NCBI RefSeq assembly: GCF_000011465.1
Contig: NC_005072.1
Coordinates: 1,625,991-1,657,990, forward strand
Reading direction: 5' to 3'
DNA from: Prochlorococcus marinus subsp. pastoris str. CCMP1986
Lineage (GTDB): Bacteria > Cyanobacteriota > Cyanobacteriia > PCC-6307 > Cyanobiaceae
Length of the DNA: 32,000 nt
The notes beneath the pieces are model-generated. The model saw only the letters and a program-made list of their open reading frames with translations. It made no database searches and was not told the DNA's origin. This document shows, in pieces, positions 1 through 9,552 of the stretch. Positions within the stretch are counted from its first letter, which is position 1. The number at the start of each line of letters is the position of its first letter. A program made the translations under genes and the position numbers.

Positions 1-1
1 T

Positions 2-196
2 CCAATTAAACTTTGGACACCTTTACTCGATCTAAATAAAGAAGATATTATTCAATTAGCTTTTGATAATAATGTTCCTTTAGAAAAAACATGGAGTTGT
101 TATTCAGGAAATTTAGAACCCTGTGGAAAATGTGATAGTTGCCGAATTAGACAAACAGCCTACAAAAAATGGCAAATAAAAAAGAATGAGAATTAA
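2..196 (+). CDS. queC: 7-cyano-7-deazaguanine synthase (QueC/ExsB family), 3' end only
   Basis: Frame 2 is open from the window edge to TAA at 194-196. It encodes ...[56 protein letters not shown]..., with the CxxCxxC zinc motif ([11 protein letters not shown]) typical of the QueC C-terminus. Confidence 0.88.
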   Translation, partial: PIKLWTPLLDLNKEDIIQLAFDNNVPLEKTWSCYSGNLEPCGKCDSCRIRQTAYKKWQIKKNEN

Positions 197-1505
197 GACA
201 AAAAAATTATCTAAGTGGCTTGATCCAGAATTGATAGCTAAACATTTTGCATTGAAATTTGGAGACCATGGATTGTCTTGGTTAGATAGTGATGGGAAAG
301 ATAATGGAGAATGGTCTATTTTAGGAATTAACCCAAAGGAAATTATTTGCTCTAGAGATATCAATAATTTGAATATTGATAATAATCCATTTTTTAAATT
401 AGAAAAAATTGATAGAGGATTTTGGATGGGCTGGTTAAACTTTGAGGCGGGCGCATATATCGAGCCAAAAAATCCATGGAAGAATAATGAAATATCGACT
501 TTGTGGATTGCATCTTATGATCCAATTATTAAATTTAATCTAGTTTCTAATGAAATAATTCTTGAAGGAACTAGTTCTACTGAAATAAATAAATTTGAAA
601 AAATAATTTTAAATATTAATGCTGAAAAAGAAAAAAATTCTATTAAAAATAATCTGAAATTTGATTTTTCAAAAATTAATTTAAAAGAAATAACCAACGA
701 ATTTGAAACAAATATTTTAAAAGTTAAGAAATTAATATCTATAGGAGATATTTTTCAAGCAAATCTAACAACTCAATGTGAGGTTGAAGCTTTAGAAACT
801 TATAGTTCTTTAAACATATATTCTAAAATAAGAAGAAAATTGAAAGCTCCTTTTGGAGGAATAATAATAAATAATTCAAAGGGAATCAACGAATCAGTAT
901 TATCAACTTCACCTGAAAGATTTTTGAAAATAGACAAAGAAGGATATGTCGAATCAAGACCTATCAAAGGCACAAGATCCAGACACCAAGATGAAACTCA
1001 AGATGCCTTAAATGCCATAGATTTGATAACAAATGAAAAAGATAGAGCTGAAAATATTATGATTGTTGACCTCTTAAGAAACGATTTAAGCAAAGTATGC
1101 GAAATAGGAAGTATTGAGGTTCCAGAAATATTAAAACTTGAGAGTTACTTGAAAGTACATCACCTTACATCAGTAATTAGAGGGAAACTAAAAAAGGATA
1201 AAAGCTGGGTTGACTTACTAATTGCTTGCTGGCCAGGAGGCTCAATAACTGGGGCTCCAAAATTACGTTCATGCCAAAGGCTATTTGAAATAGAAAAAAA
1301 TGGAAGAGGACCTTACTGTGGATCCTTCATAAAAGTTGACTGGAATGGAGAGTTTGATAGCAACATACTAATAAGATCATTTATAGTAAAAGGCAAAAAA
1401 ATTAATATATCTGCTGGTTGCGGAATAGTTAGTGATTCTGATCCTCAAAATGAAACAGAAGAACTAAAGTGGAAACTTTTGCCTTTAATAGATTCGTTAA
1501 AATGA
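186..1505 (+). CDS. pabB: Aminodeoxychorismate synthase component I / chorismate-binding enzyme (anthranilate synthase component I family)
   Basis: 439 aa ORF with chorismate-binding signatures: [67 protein letters not shown]. It is followed by a PabC-like lyase in ATGA overlap, which supports PabB over TrpE. The start overlaps the queC end by 11 nt. Confidence 0.85.
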   Translation: MRIKTKKLSKWLDPELIAKHFALKFGDHGLSWLDSDGKDNGEWSILGINPKEIICSRDINNLNIDNNPFFKLEKIDRGFWMGWLNFEAGAYIEPKNPWKNNEISTLWIASYDPIIKFNLVSNEIILEGTSSTEINKFEKIILNINAEKEKNSIKNNLKFDFSKINLKEITNEFETNILKVKKLISIGDIFQANLTTQCEVEALETYSSLNIYSKIRRKLKAPFGGIIINNSKGINESVLSTSPERFLKIDKEGYVESRPIKGTRSRHQDETQDALNAIDLITNEKDRAENIMIVDLLRNDLSKVCEIGSIEVPEILKLESYLKVHHLTSVIRGKLKKDKSWVDLLIACWPGGSITGAPKLRSCQRLFEIEKNGRGPYCGSFIKVDWNGEFDSNILIRSFIVKGKKINISAGCGIVSDSDPQNETEELKWKLLPLIDSLK

Positions 1506-2329
1506 AACAGAATATAGGTTGGCATAAAGATAAATGGCTAGATATTGAAAATATTTATATATCAGCAAATGATAGAGGTCTAAAGTTTGGAGATGGAATA
1601 TTCGAAACTGTTTTGATAAAAAAGAATAATGCTGTTTTGCTAGACGAACATATTCAAAGACTAGAAAATAGCAATAGAGTTTTAAATATGAATTTGAATA
1701 TTAATAAATCACATTTAAAAAACATTATTAGTCTAGGTATTAAAAAATTATCTCTTAAAAACGAGCAATTAGGATCAATTAGAATTAACTACAGCAGAGG
1801 CTTGAATAAAGGCAGATCAATTAGAATTAATAAAGATCAACAGGAAGATTATAAAAATAATTTATGGATTGAATTTTATATTATAAAACCTAGTTTTTCT
1901 CCAATAAGTACATTTATTAGTCAAACAGAAAAAAGAAATCAATATAGTTTAATTAATCAATGTAAAACTTTCTCATATAATCAATCAATACAAGCACTAA
2001 TAGAAGCTAATAAAAAATTGTTTGATGATTGTTTAATATTAAATACTGCTGATGAACTATGTTGTGGTAGTACTTTTAATATCTTACTGAAAAGAGATAA
2101 TGTATGGATGACACCAAGAAAAGAAAGTGGATGTCTTCAGGGAATCATGGTTAAAAAAGCTATAAAATTAAAAATAATTAAAGAAGAATTGATCTTACCT
2201 AAATTTTATAATAATGATATTTTAATTGCAATTAATAGTTTATCTTGTAGGCAAATTAATAGAGTAAATGATATAGAATTTACAACAACTTTTGATCCAA
2301 AGTATTTCTGGGAATTGTTGTATAAGTAA
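1502..2329 (+). CDS. pabC: Class IV aminotransferase-fold protein, probable aminodeoxychorismate lyase
   Basis: The ORF has the fold-type IV PLP pattern (NDRGLKFGDGIFETVL, CNTADELCCGSTFNILL). The ORF track starts at 1469, but the ATG at 1502 forms a 4-nt ATGA overlap with the pabB stop and is the more likely start. Confidence 0.75.
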   Translation: MKQNIGWHKDKWLDIENIYISANDRGLKFGDGIFETVLIKKNNAVLLDEHIQRLENSNRVLNMNLNINKSHLKNIISLGIKKLSLKNEQLGSIRINYSRGLNKGRSIRINKDQQEDYKNNLWIEFYIIKPSFSPISTFISQTEKRNQYSLINQCKTFSYNQSIQALIEANKKLFDDCLILNTADELCCGSTFNILLKRDNVWMTPRKESGCLQGIMVKKAIKLKIIKEELILPKFYNNDILIAINSLSCRQINRVNDIEFTTTFDPKYFWELLYK

Positions 2330-2331
2330 GA

Positions 2332-3117
2332 TTATTTCTTTTCTGGAAAAAAAGCATCAGATAGGTTATTTATATAGTTATTAACTTTAAACCCAACAAT
2401 ACTTCCGATAACGATAATCGATGGTGAAGAGAAACCTTTGTTACTTATTGTCTCTGCCAAATTCTTTAATTCTGAAATTAAACATTTTTGATTATTTAAA
2501 GTTGCTTCTTGAATAACAGCACATTTAGTATTTTCATCCAAACCGCCTATTAGTAATTCTTTAACAATAAATCCTATATTTCTCATGCCCATATAAATTA
2601 CTAAACCATCAGATGATTTAGCTAATAATCTCCAATTAACAGTCTTTTTATCTTTATTAATATCTTCATGTCCAGTGACAAAAGTTATAGAGCTTCCTGC
2701 TTCTCGATGAGTTAATGGGATCCCAAAATTTGAAGGAGCAGCTATTCCAGAAGTTATCCCAGGGACAATTTCAACTGAAATCCCATTTTTTTCTAAAAAA
2801 GATACTTCTTCACCACCTCGTGAAAAAACAAAAGGATCACCTCCTTTAAGCCTTACAACATTCTTTCCTTCTTTTGCTAATTTCACAATAAGTAAATTAG
2901 TATCAGCCTGAGGAACAGAACACAACCCAGCCCTTTTACCTACATTAAATATTTCAGTTTTCTTATTAGTCTCCTTTATGATTTGGGGAGAAACTAACGC
3001 ATCATGGACCAAAGCATCACAACTTTTGATAAGTCGTAAGGCTTTTAAAGTTAGCAGCTCAGGGTCACCAGGACCTGCTCCAACTAAATAAACTATACCG
3101 GGCACATTAATCTCCAT
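2332..3117 (-). CDS. cobA: Uroporphyrinogen-III C-methyltransferase
   Basis: VYLVGAGPGDPELLTLKA, VVRLKGGDPFVFSRGGEE and GITSGIAAPSNFGIPLTHR are classic SUMT motifs. The ORF track extends to a TTG at 3123; an in-frame ATG at 3117 is the likelier start. Confidence 0.93.
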   Translation of the reverse strand: MEINVPGIVYLVGAGPGDPELLTLKALRLIKSCDALVHDALVSPQIIKETNKKTEIFNVGKRAGLCSVPQADTNLLIVKLAKEGKNVVRLKGGDPFVFSRGGEEVSFLEKNGISVEIVPGITSGIAAPSNFGIPLTHREAGSSITFVTGHEDINKDKKTVNWRLLAKSSDGLVIYMGMRNIGFIVKELLIGGLDENTKCAVIQEATLNNQKCLISELKNLAETISNKGFSSPSIIVIGSIVGFKVNNYINNLSDAFFPEKK

Positions 3118-3162
3118 TAACAAGTATGGTAGTAAAAGAAAATTGTATTGTAGATAAATATC

Positions 3163-4413
3163 GTGAAAAAAAGTTTATTCAAGCCAAGTAGAAAATTTAC
3201 TTTATTCAGTGCTTTTGTAACTCTCCTAAATGATAGATTAAGCGAAAGTATTCTTTTGCCAATTTTACCTTCTTTTGTTTTACTCTTTGACTCAAAAGCT
3301 AGTACTTATGGTTTACTCTCTTGTACTTATCAATTAGCACAATTTACGGCTTCGCCTTTTATTGGGCTTATGAGCGATAGATATGGAAGAAGACCTGTAA
3401 CTTTGTTTTGTATAACGGGCTCAATCATAGGAATATCAATATTATCATTTACAGTTTTATTTGATTGGTCAACTTCACTAGCGACTATCCCCTTATTTTT
3501 ATTATTTATAGCAAGACTTATTGACGGTCTAAGTGGTGGAACTGCTGCAACAGCGACTACTATTCTTGCAGATATTTCTAGTCCTGAAAAAAGAGCAAAA
3601 ACATTTGGACTTATTGGAGTCGCATTTGGATTAAGTTTCTTCTTGGGTAATATATTTGTTGTTATTTTTGCTAAAAATACAAATAATAATTTCATTATTC
3701 CAGTAATAATAGCTTCAATAATTCCAATTATTAACTTCATACTAGTATTCTTTTATTTACCAGAAACCAAGCCTCAAAACGAATTAAATAAATCAACTCA
3801 AATTTTAAAAAATCCTCTAAAACAATTATTTAAAGTATTTAAAGAAGAAAAAATTAGAAAATTATCTCTAGCTTTTTTTATATATTTCATAGCTTTTACT
3901 GGACTAACAAATATTTTAATTTTTTTCCTTCAAGAGTCCCTGAATTGGACAACTAAGGCATCCAGTGGAACTCTTGTAGTTGTGGGGGTGATAGCAATTA
4001 TTGTACAAGGTGGGCTAATTGGTCCTCTAGTAAAAAAATTTGGAGAAATGAGACTTACTTTAATTGGTTCAGGTTTTATTCTCTTAGCATGTTTTCTTTT
4101 GATAACTACCCCTCAAAAAAATGCGATAGTAAATATTTATTCTGCAGTTTCATTCTTAGCCGTGGGTGCGGGTTTAATTACACCTACATTAAGAGCATTA
4201 ATATCAAAGAAATTAGATGGGGATAACCAGGGCTCTATATTAAGTAATTTGCAAGGTCTTCAAAGTCTTGGTGGGGTTTTAGGTATAGGAATGGCTGGAA
4301 AAGTTTATGATGATTTTGGTCCAAAAGCACCATTTATTGCAGGATCAATTATTTTACTTTTTATGATTTACCTTATTGCTGAAGGAAAAAATAACAATAT
4401 TTCTTATAATTAA
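3163..4413 (+). CDS. Major facilitator superfamily transporter (TetA/multidrug efflux-like)
   Basis: 416 aa and strongly hydrophobic, with about 12 TM stretches. It has the MFS motif A variant GLMSDRYGRRPV and the conserved LIDGLSGGTAATATTILADISSPEKRAKTFGLIG segment. Confidence 0.88.
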   Translation: MKKSLFKPSRKFTLFSAFVTLLNDRLSESILLPILPSFVLLFDSKASTYGLLSCTYQLAQFTASPFIGLMSDRYGRRPVTLFCITGSIIGISILSFTVLFDWSTSLATIPLFLLFIARLIDGLSGGTAATATTILADISSPEKRAKTFGLIGVAFGLSFFLGNIFVVIFAKNTNNNFIIPVIIASIIPIINFILVFFYLPETKPQNELNKSTQILKNPLKQLFKVFKEEKIRKLSLAFFIYFIAFTGLTNILIFFLQESLNWTTKASSGTLVVVGVIAIIVQGGLIGPLVKKFGEMRLTLIGSGFILLACFLLITTPQKNAIVNIYSAVSFLAVGAGLITPTLRALISKKLDGDNQGSILSNLQGLQSLGGVLGIGMAGKVYDDFGPKAPFIAGSIILLFMIYLIAEGKNNNISYN

Positions 4414-4431
4414 CAAAATATAATCCCTTTA

Positions 4432-6519
4432 ATGAAATACGAAGCTAACAATTTTATTAATAGAGAATTAAGTTGGATCGACTTTAATAAAAGAGTTCTT
4501 CTTACAGGGATGGAGAAAGATTATAAAGTACTAGATAAAATTAAATTTTTTTCAATTTTCAGTAATAATCTTGATGAATTTTTTATGGTTAGAGTTGCAT
4601 CATTAAAAGCTCAAGTTGAAGCCGGAATTAGAAAAAAAAGTATTGATGGACATACTCCTAAAGAACAATTAAAAAAAATTAACAAGGAAGTAAAAAAACT
4701 CACAATCCTTCAAGAAAAATATTTTAATAATGAATTAAATGATGAGCTTAAAAATGAAGGCATTTTCATAAAAAAGTATTGTGAACTCAATCAAAATCAG
4801 AAAAATTGGTGTGATAGCTATTTCCTATCTTCAATTTTTCCTTTATTAACACCATTAGTAGTTGATCCTGCGCACCCATTCCCTTTTATAAGTAATTTAA
4901 GTCTTAATTTGGCTGCTCTCATTAATGATGGAGAAGAATCAAAAAATCAATTTGTAAGAATTAAAATACCGACAAAAAATATTGGCAGATTTATACTAAT
5001 TCCCAATGAAATTATTGAAACTGAAGATGAAAGAGAGCATTTTTTTATAACTGTTGAAGACTTAATTGGAAACAATATCAATGCCTTATTTAATGGAATG
5101 GAATGCTTAAATTATTCTTTTTTCCGAGTAACAAGAGATGCAGATTTAGAATTAAAAGAACTTGAAGCTGACGACTTACTTCTTGCGGTAGAGCAAAGCT
5201 TGCAAAAAAGAAGATTAGGGGGAGATGTAGTTAGATTAGAAGTAAATGAAAATATTCCACAAAATATTTTAAAGTTACTCATTGAGAGTATTGCAATACC
5301 AGAAGAATATATCTACTTTTGCAAAAGCTTATTAGGACTTGACGATTTAAATTACCTCTTAAAAATTAATCGAGAAGACTTAAAAGAAAATTTATTAATT
5401 GGAGATACACATCCATTATTAAAATCGTTAGATTCTTCTAAAGACAAAAATTTTAACTCTATTTTTAGCATTCTTAGAAAACAGAGTATACTTCTACATC
5501 ATCCATACGACTTATTCAAAACCTCTGTAGAAGAATTTATCAACAAAGCTGCTGACGACCCACTTGTACTAGCTATTAAAATTACTCTTTATAGAGTTTC
5601 AAAAGATTCTCCAATTATTGAAGCCTTAATGAGAGCAGCTGAGAATGGGAAAGAGGTAATGACTCTTGTTGAGCTCAAAGCAAGATTTGATGAAGATAAC
5701 AACATCCAATGGGCAAAACAGCTTGAGCAAGCTGGAATTCATGTTGTTTATGGAATAATAGGCTTTAAAACACATACAAAGATTGCTTTAGTGGTTAGAA
5801 AAGAGAAAAGAAGACTAAGGAATTATTTTCATATTGGAACGGGAAATTACAATTCGAACACTTCTCGCTATTACACAGACATAGGATTTCTATCAACAGA
5901 TCCTGATATCTCCTCAGATTTAATTGAACTCTTTAATTACTTATCAGGTTTCTCAAAACAAAAGGCTTATCAGAAATTATTAGTATCTCCAACATCATTA
6001 AGAAAAAAATTCATCTTTTTAATAAATAGAGAAATTGAAAATATCGAAGAGGGCAAGAAAGGTGAAATTATTGCAAAAATGAATTCATTAGTAGATCCAG
6101 AAATTATTCAATTACTTTATTTAGCTTCCCAAAAAGGAGTAAAAATTCACCTGATAATAAGAGGGATATGTTGTTTATATCCTCAAAGAGAGAATTTGAG
6201 TGAAAATATTAAGGTTACAAGTATTATTGGGCATTTTCTTGAACATTCTAGAATTTTTTGGTTTTACAATAACAATAATCCAGAAGTTTTTATAGGCAGC
6301 GCAGACTGGATGAGAAGAAATTTAGACAGAAGAATAGAAGCTGTTACACCTATAGAAGACCTAAAATTAAAATCTCAACTATATGATCTTTTACAAACTT
6401 ATATTTATGATAATTATTACTCCTGGATCATGAATAAAGATGGAATATACGAAAAAAAAGAGAGGGATTCAAACTCAAATCGTTCTCAAATTGATCTAAT
6501 AAAAAGATTAAAAAAATAA
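4432..6519 (+). CDS. ppk: Polyphosphate kinase 1
   Basis: 695 aa. Contains FINRELSWIDFNKRVL, NNLDEFFMVRVASLKAQ, LDLNYLLK, ITLYRVSKDSPIIEALMRAAENGKEVMTLVELKARFDEDNNI, HTKIALVVR, HIGTGNYN and IGSADWMRRNLDRRIEAV, all PPK1 signatures. Confidence 0.96.
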   Translation: MKYEANNFINRELSWIDFNKRVLLTGMEKDYKVLDKIKFFSIFSNNLDEFFMVRVASLKAQVEAGIRKKSIDGHTPKEQLKKINKEVKKLTILQEKYFNNELNDELKNEGIFIKKYCELNQNQKNWCDSYFLSSIFPLLTPLVVDPAHPFPFISNLSLNLAALINDGEESKNQFVRIKIPTKNIGRFILIPNEIIETEDEREHFFITVEDLIGNNINALFNGMECLNYSFFRVTRDADLELKELEADDLLLAVEQSLQKRRLGGDVVRLEVNENIPQNILKLLIESIAIPEEYIYFCKSLLGLDDLNYLLKINREDLKENLLIGDTHPLLKSLDSSKDKNFNSIFSILRKQSILLHHPYDLFKTSVEEFINKAADDPLVLAIKITLYRVSKDSPIIEALMRAAENGKEVMTLVELKARFDEDNNIQWAKQLEQAGIHVVYGIIGFKTHTKIALVVRKEKRRLRNYFHIGTGNYNSNTSRYYTDIGFLSTDPDISSDLIELFNYLSGFSKQKAYQKLLVSPTSLRKKFIFLINREIENIEEGKKGEIIAKMNSLVDPEIIQLLYLASQKGVKIHLIIRGICCLYPQRENLSENIKVTSIIGHFLEHSRIFWFYNNNNPEVFIGSADWMRRNLDRRIEAVTPIEDLKLKSQLYDLLQTYIYDNYYSWIMNKDGIYEKKERDSNSNRSQIDLIKRLKK

Positions 6520-6713
6520 ATTTTTTTATAACATTTTAAAAAACTTCTTAATATTGATAAAAATTTTATATTTATAAGAAATCAAGTCATATCAGTTATT
6601 TTGAAGTAATATTAGTAGAAATCAATTTTCTTGTCTTTAAAGTTTCAACGCAAAAGTATTTTTTTTCTTGATTTCAGTGCTAGCTTTTAAAAAATCCACT
6701 TAAAGAGGCCAGG

Positions 6714-7736
6714 GTGATGGGGATCCTTCTGGAATCTGGAAATAGTTCTTCAAAAAAGAAAACTGAAGAACCTAGATTACCAAACACTGCGGGCAAGACT
6801 CGCAAAACAAAACCAAGCTTAACTGCTAAACAAAACCAAAAAAAATCTGCAAGACTCGCTTCAGATTCAATAGGTTATTACTTAAGCAGTATTGGAAGAG
6901 TTCCTCTTCTTACTGCAGCAGAAGAAATAGAGCTAGCTCATCATGTTCAAAACATGAAAAAGATGCTAGAAATTCCTGAGATAGAAAGATCATCAAAACA
7001 TCTTCGCCTAATTAAAATTGGGAAAAGAGCTAGAGATAGAATGATGTCAGCCAATTTAAGACTTGTAGTATCTGTTGCCAAGAAGTATCAAAATCAAGGT
7101 TTAGATTTATTAGACTTGGTACAAGAAGGCGCTATAGGCTTAGAAAGAGCGGTTGATAAATTTGATCCTGCGATGGGATATAAATTTTCTACTTATGCTT
7201 ATTGGTGGATTAGACAAGGAATGACAAGAGCTATTGATAATAGCGCTAGGACAATTAGATTACCAATTCATATTAGTGAAAAACTTTCCAAAATGAGAAG
7301 AGTTTCCAGAGAATTATCTCAAAAATCTGGAAGGCAACCAACCAGATTAGAAATGGCAACAGCGATGGGAATTGAGCAAAAAGATTTAGAAGACTTAATC
7401 TCTCAAAGTGCTCCATGCGCATCTCTTGATGCTCACGCAAGAGGCGAAGAAGATCGTAGTACCTTAGGTGAACTTATTCCCGATCCAAATGGAGAAGAGC
7501 CTATGGAAGGGATGGATAGAACAATCCAAAAAGAACATTTAGGAACTTGGCTGACTCAATTAAATGAAAGAGAACAAAAAATTATGAAACTTAGATTCGG
7601 CTTAGACGGAGAGGAACCTCTTACACTGGCAGAAATAGGAAGACAAATAAATGTATCCAGAGAAAGAGTTAGGCAACTAGAAGCTAAGGCAATTTTAAAA
7701 CTTAGAGTAATGACCACTCATCAAAAAGCAGCCTAG
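6714..7736 (+). CDS. Sigma-70 family RNA polymerase sigma factor, probably group 2 (alternative, RpoD-like)
   Basis: 340 aa with region 1.2/2 (DSIGYYLSSIGRVPLLTAAEEIELA, NLRLVVSVAKKYQNQGLDLLDLVQEGAIGLERAVDKFDPAMGYKFSTYAYWWIRQGMTRAIDNSARTIRLPIHISEKL) and region 4 (REQKIMKLRFGLDGEEPLTLAEIGRQINVSRERVRQLEAKA). The short N-terminus favours a group 2 factor. Start is GTG at 6714 or ATG at 6717. Confidence 0.88.
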   Translation: MMGILLESGNSSSKKKTEEPRLPNTAGKTRKTKPSLTAKQNQKKSARLASDSIGYYLSSIGRVPLLTAAEEIELAHHVQNMKKMLEIPEIERSSKHLRLIKIGKRARDRMMSANLRLVVSVAKKYQNQGLDLLDLVQEGAIGLERAVDKFDPAMGYKFSTYAYWWIRQGMTRAIDNSARTIRLPIHISEKLSKMRRVSRELSQKSGRQPTRLEMATAMGIEQKDLEDLISQSAPCASLDAHARGEEDRSTLGELIPDPNGEEPMEGMDRTIQKEHLGTWLTQLNEREQKIMKLRFGLDGEEPLTLAEIGRQINVSRERVRQLEAKAILKLRVMTTHQKAA

Positions 7737-7741
7737 TTAAG

Positions 7742-8386
7742 TTGTTGAATTTTGTTTTTATTTTTGTTTATATATTTATTATCTTTTTTATATCGATAAT
7801 ATATAAAAGATTTAATCCAAATAATAAAGAAGTACTGAGAAAAATTATTCATATTGGAATAGGACCTTTAATTCCTCTCGCAAAATTCTTAGATATAGAT
7901 CAAACTTCTGCTCTTTGTTTTACAGGGCTTGTTACGTTGCTAACTTTCATAAATTACCAATCTAAATTATTTCCAACTATTGAGGATGTAGATAGAAAAA
8001 GTTATGGAACCTTATTTTATTGTTTAAGTTTATTTATTTTAATTTACCTTTATTGGGAAAAAGATCCTACTTCACTGATTGCTGGTTTTTTTATAATGAC
8101 ATTTGGTGATGGCTTTGCAGCATTAATAGGAAAGAACTTTAAATCCAAAAGTTGGATTTTTTTAAACCAAAAAAAATCTTTGTTTGGAACAACCACTATG
8201 TTTATTACAAGCTTGATAGTAGTTTTTGGTTTAAGTTATATCCAAAAATACACTTTTAATATAAATTTTTTTACTGTTGCTTCTATTTCTACAATACTTG
8301 AACAATTTAGTTTTTTTGGAATAGATAACTTTATAGTGCCAATTTCAGCAGCATTTTGTTTTAACTTTTTTATTACAGGTTTATAA
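7742..8386 (+). CDS. Phytol/dolichol kinase-like (CTP-dependent, phosphatidate cytidylyltransferase-like) membrane protein
   Basis: 214 aa, about 6-7 hydrophobic segments. VLRKIIHIGIGPLIPLAKF and MTFGDGFAALIGKNFKSKSW...KSLFGTTTMF resemble the DGxAxxxG...KSxxGTxxxF pattern of this family. Putative TTG start. Confidence 0.65.
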   Translation: MLNFVFIFVYIFIIFFISIIYKRFNPNNKEVLRKIIHIGIGPLIPLAKFLDIDQTSALCFTGLVTLLTFINYQSKLFPTIEDVDRKSYGTLFYCLSLFILIYLYWEKDPTSLIAGFFIMTFGDGFAALIGKNFKSKSWIFLNQKKSLFGTTTMFITSLIVVFGLSYIQKYTFNINFFTVASISTILEQFSFFGIDNFIVPISAAFCFNFFITGL

Positions 8387-8387
8387 A

Positions 8388-9455
8388 TTACAAAATTGAA
8401 TCATATAGAATCTGAAGCAAATTTTTCGTTGTTTCTATATTTATGCAAGCATCAGTAATACTCGTACCATATTCAAGATCTTTCATATTTGAAAGTTTTT
8501 GATTACCCTCCTTCAGATGACTTTCAAGCATTACTCCTAAAATATTTTTTTCACCATTCTTAATCTGATTTGCTACGTTTTTAAGGACATCAGATTGCTT
8601 TGTGTAATCTTTATTAGAATTTCCATGGCTACAATCAATCATAACTTTGTAAGGAAGATTACCTTCTTTTAATTCGGAAGAAATACTTTTTACATGTTGA
8701 TTTTCGAAATTAACTCCTTTAGAACCTCCCCTTAAAACTATATGTCCATCTGGATTGCCGGTTGTATTTACAATAGAAGCATAACCTTGATCATTAACAC
8801 CTAAGAAATGATGAGATTTTGAAGCCGACTGCATCGCATTAATAGCAGTACTAAAAGAACCATCAGTACCATTTTTAAAACCAATAGGCATGGATAATCC
8901 TGAAGCCATTTCTCTATGAGTTTGACTTTCGGTAGTCCTTGCACCAATTGCTGTCCAACTGATTAAATCAGCAATATATTGAGGAACAATTGGATCTAAT
9001 AACTCAGTAGCAGAGGGTATCCCACGCGTTGCCAAATAAGATAGTAAATTTCTCGCTCTTCGTAAACCTGTATTAATGTCATATGAACCATCTAAATGAG
9101 GGTCATTTATTAATCCTTTCCAACCAATTGTAGTTCTGGGTTTTTCGAAATATACTCGCATTACAATTTCTAATTTATCTTTATAAATTTTTCTAAATTC
9201 CTGAATATATTCTGAATAATCTTTAGCAGCCTCAATATCATGAATTGAACATGGTCCCACTATGACTAGAATCCGAGGATCATTATTGTGCAAAATATTT
9301 TGTATTGATCTTCTAGTATTAGAGACAGTTTCTGCAGAGGTATAATCTAAAGGTATATCATTATGAAGTTTGCTTGGAGGTATTAATGGACGTGTTTCAA
9401 CAACATGCAAATCAGATGTTTTTTCTAAAGATTGATTATTGGATGAAGTCGTCAT
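8388..9455 (-). CDS. aroG: 3-deoxy-7-phosphoheptulonate (DAHP) synthase, class I AroF/G/H type
   Basis: ILVIVGPCSIHDIEAAKDY, VMRVYFEKPRTTIGWKGLINDPHLDGS, GARTTESQTHREMASGLSMPIGFKNGTDG, VMIDCSHGNSNKDY and GVMLESHLKEGNQ are characteristic. Confidence 0.95.
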   Translation of the reverse strand: MTTSSNNQSLEKTSDLHVVETRPLIPPSKLHNDIPLDYTSAETVSNTRRSIQNILHNNDPRILVIVGPCSIHDIEAAKDYSEYIQEFRKIYKDKLEIVMRVYFEKPRTTIGWKGLINDPHLDGSYDINTGLRRARNLLSYLATRGIPSATELLDPIVPQYIADLISWTAIGARTTESQTHREMASGLSMPIGFKNGTDGSFSTAINAMQSASKSHHFLGVNDQGYASIVNTTGNPDGHIVLRGGSKGVNFENQHVKSISSELKEGNLPYKVMIDCSHGNSNKDYTKQSDVLKNVANQIKNGEKNILGVMLESHLKEGNQKLSNMKDLEYGTSITDACINIETTKNLLQILYDSIL

Positions 9456-9552
9456 TGATTAATTAAGAAGTTTGAATATTTAAAAAAGCATTTATGAATA
9501 CTCTCCTTATCAATATTAAAAATAACAATAGATTAGGCATTAAACCTTACAA

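Noticed and set aside
113-364. Minus-strand ORF of 83 aa across the queC/pabB junction
   Set aside because: Antisense to both queC and pabB coding sequence, with no independent support.
515-697. Minus-strand ORF of 60 aa
   Set aside because: Entirely antisense to well-supported pabB; low-complexity hydrophobic translation typical of complement-strand open frames.
3330-3740. Minus-strand ORF of 136 aa
   Set aside because: Lies fully inside the MFS transporter on the opposite strand; the sense strand shows clear transporter motifs.
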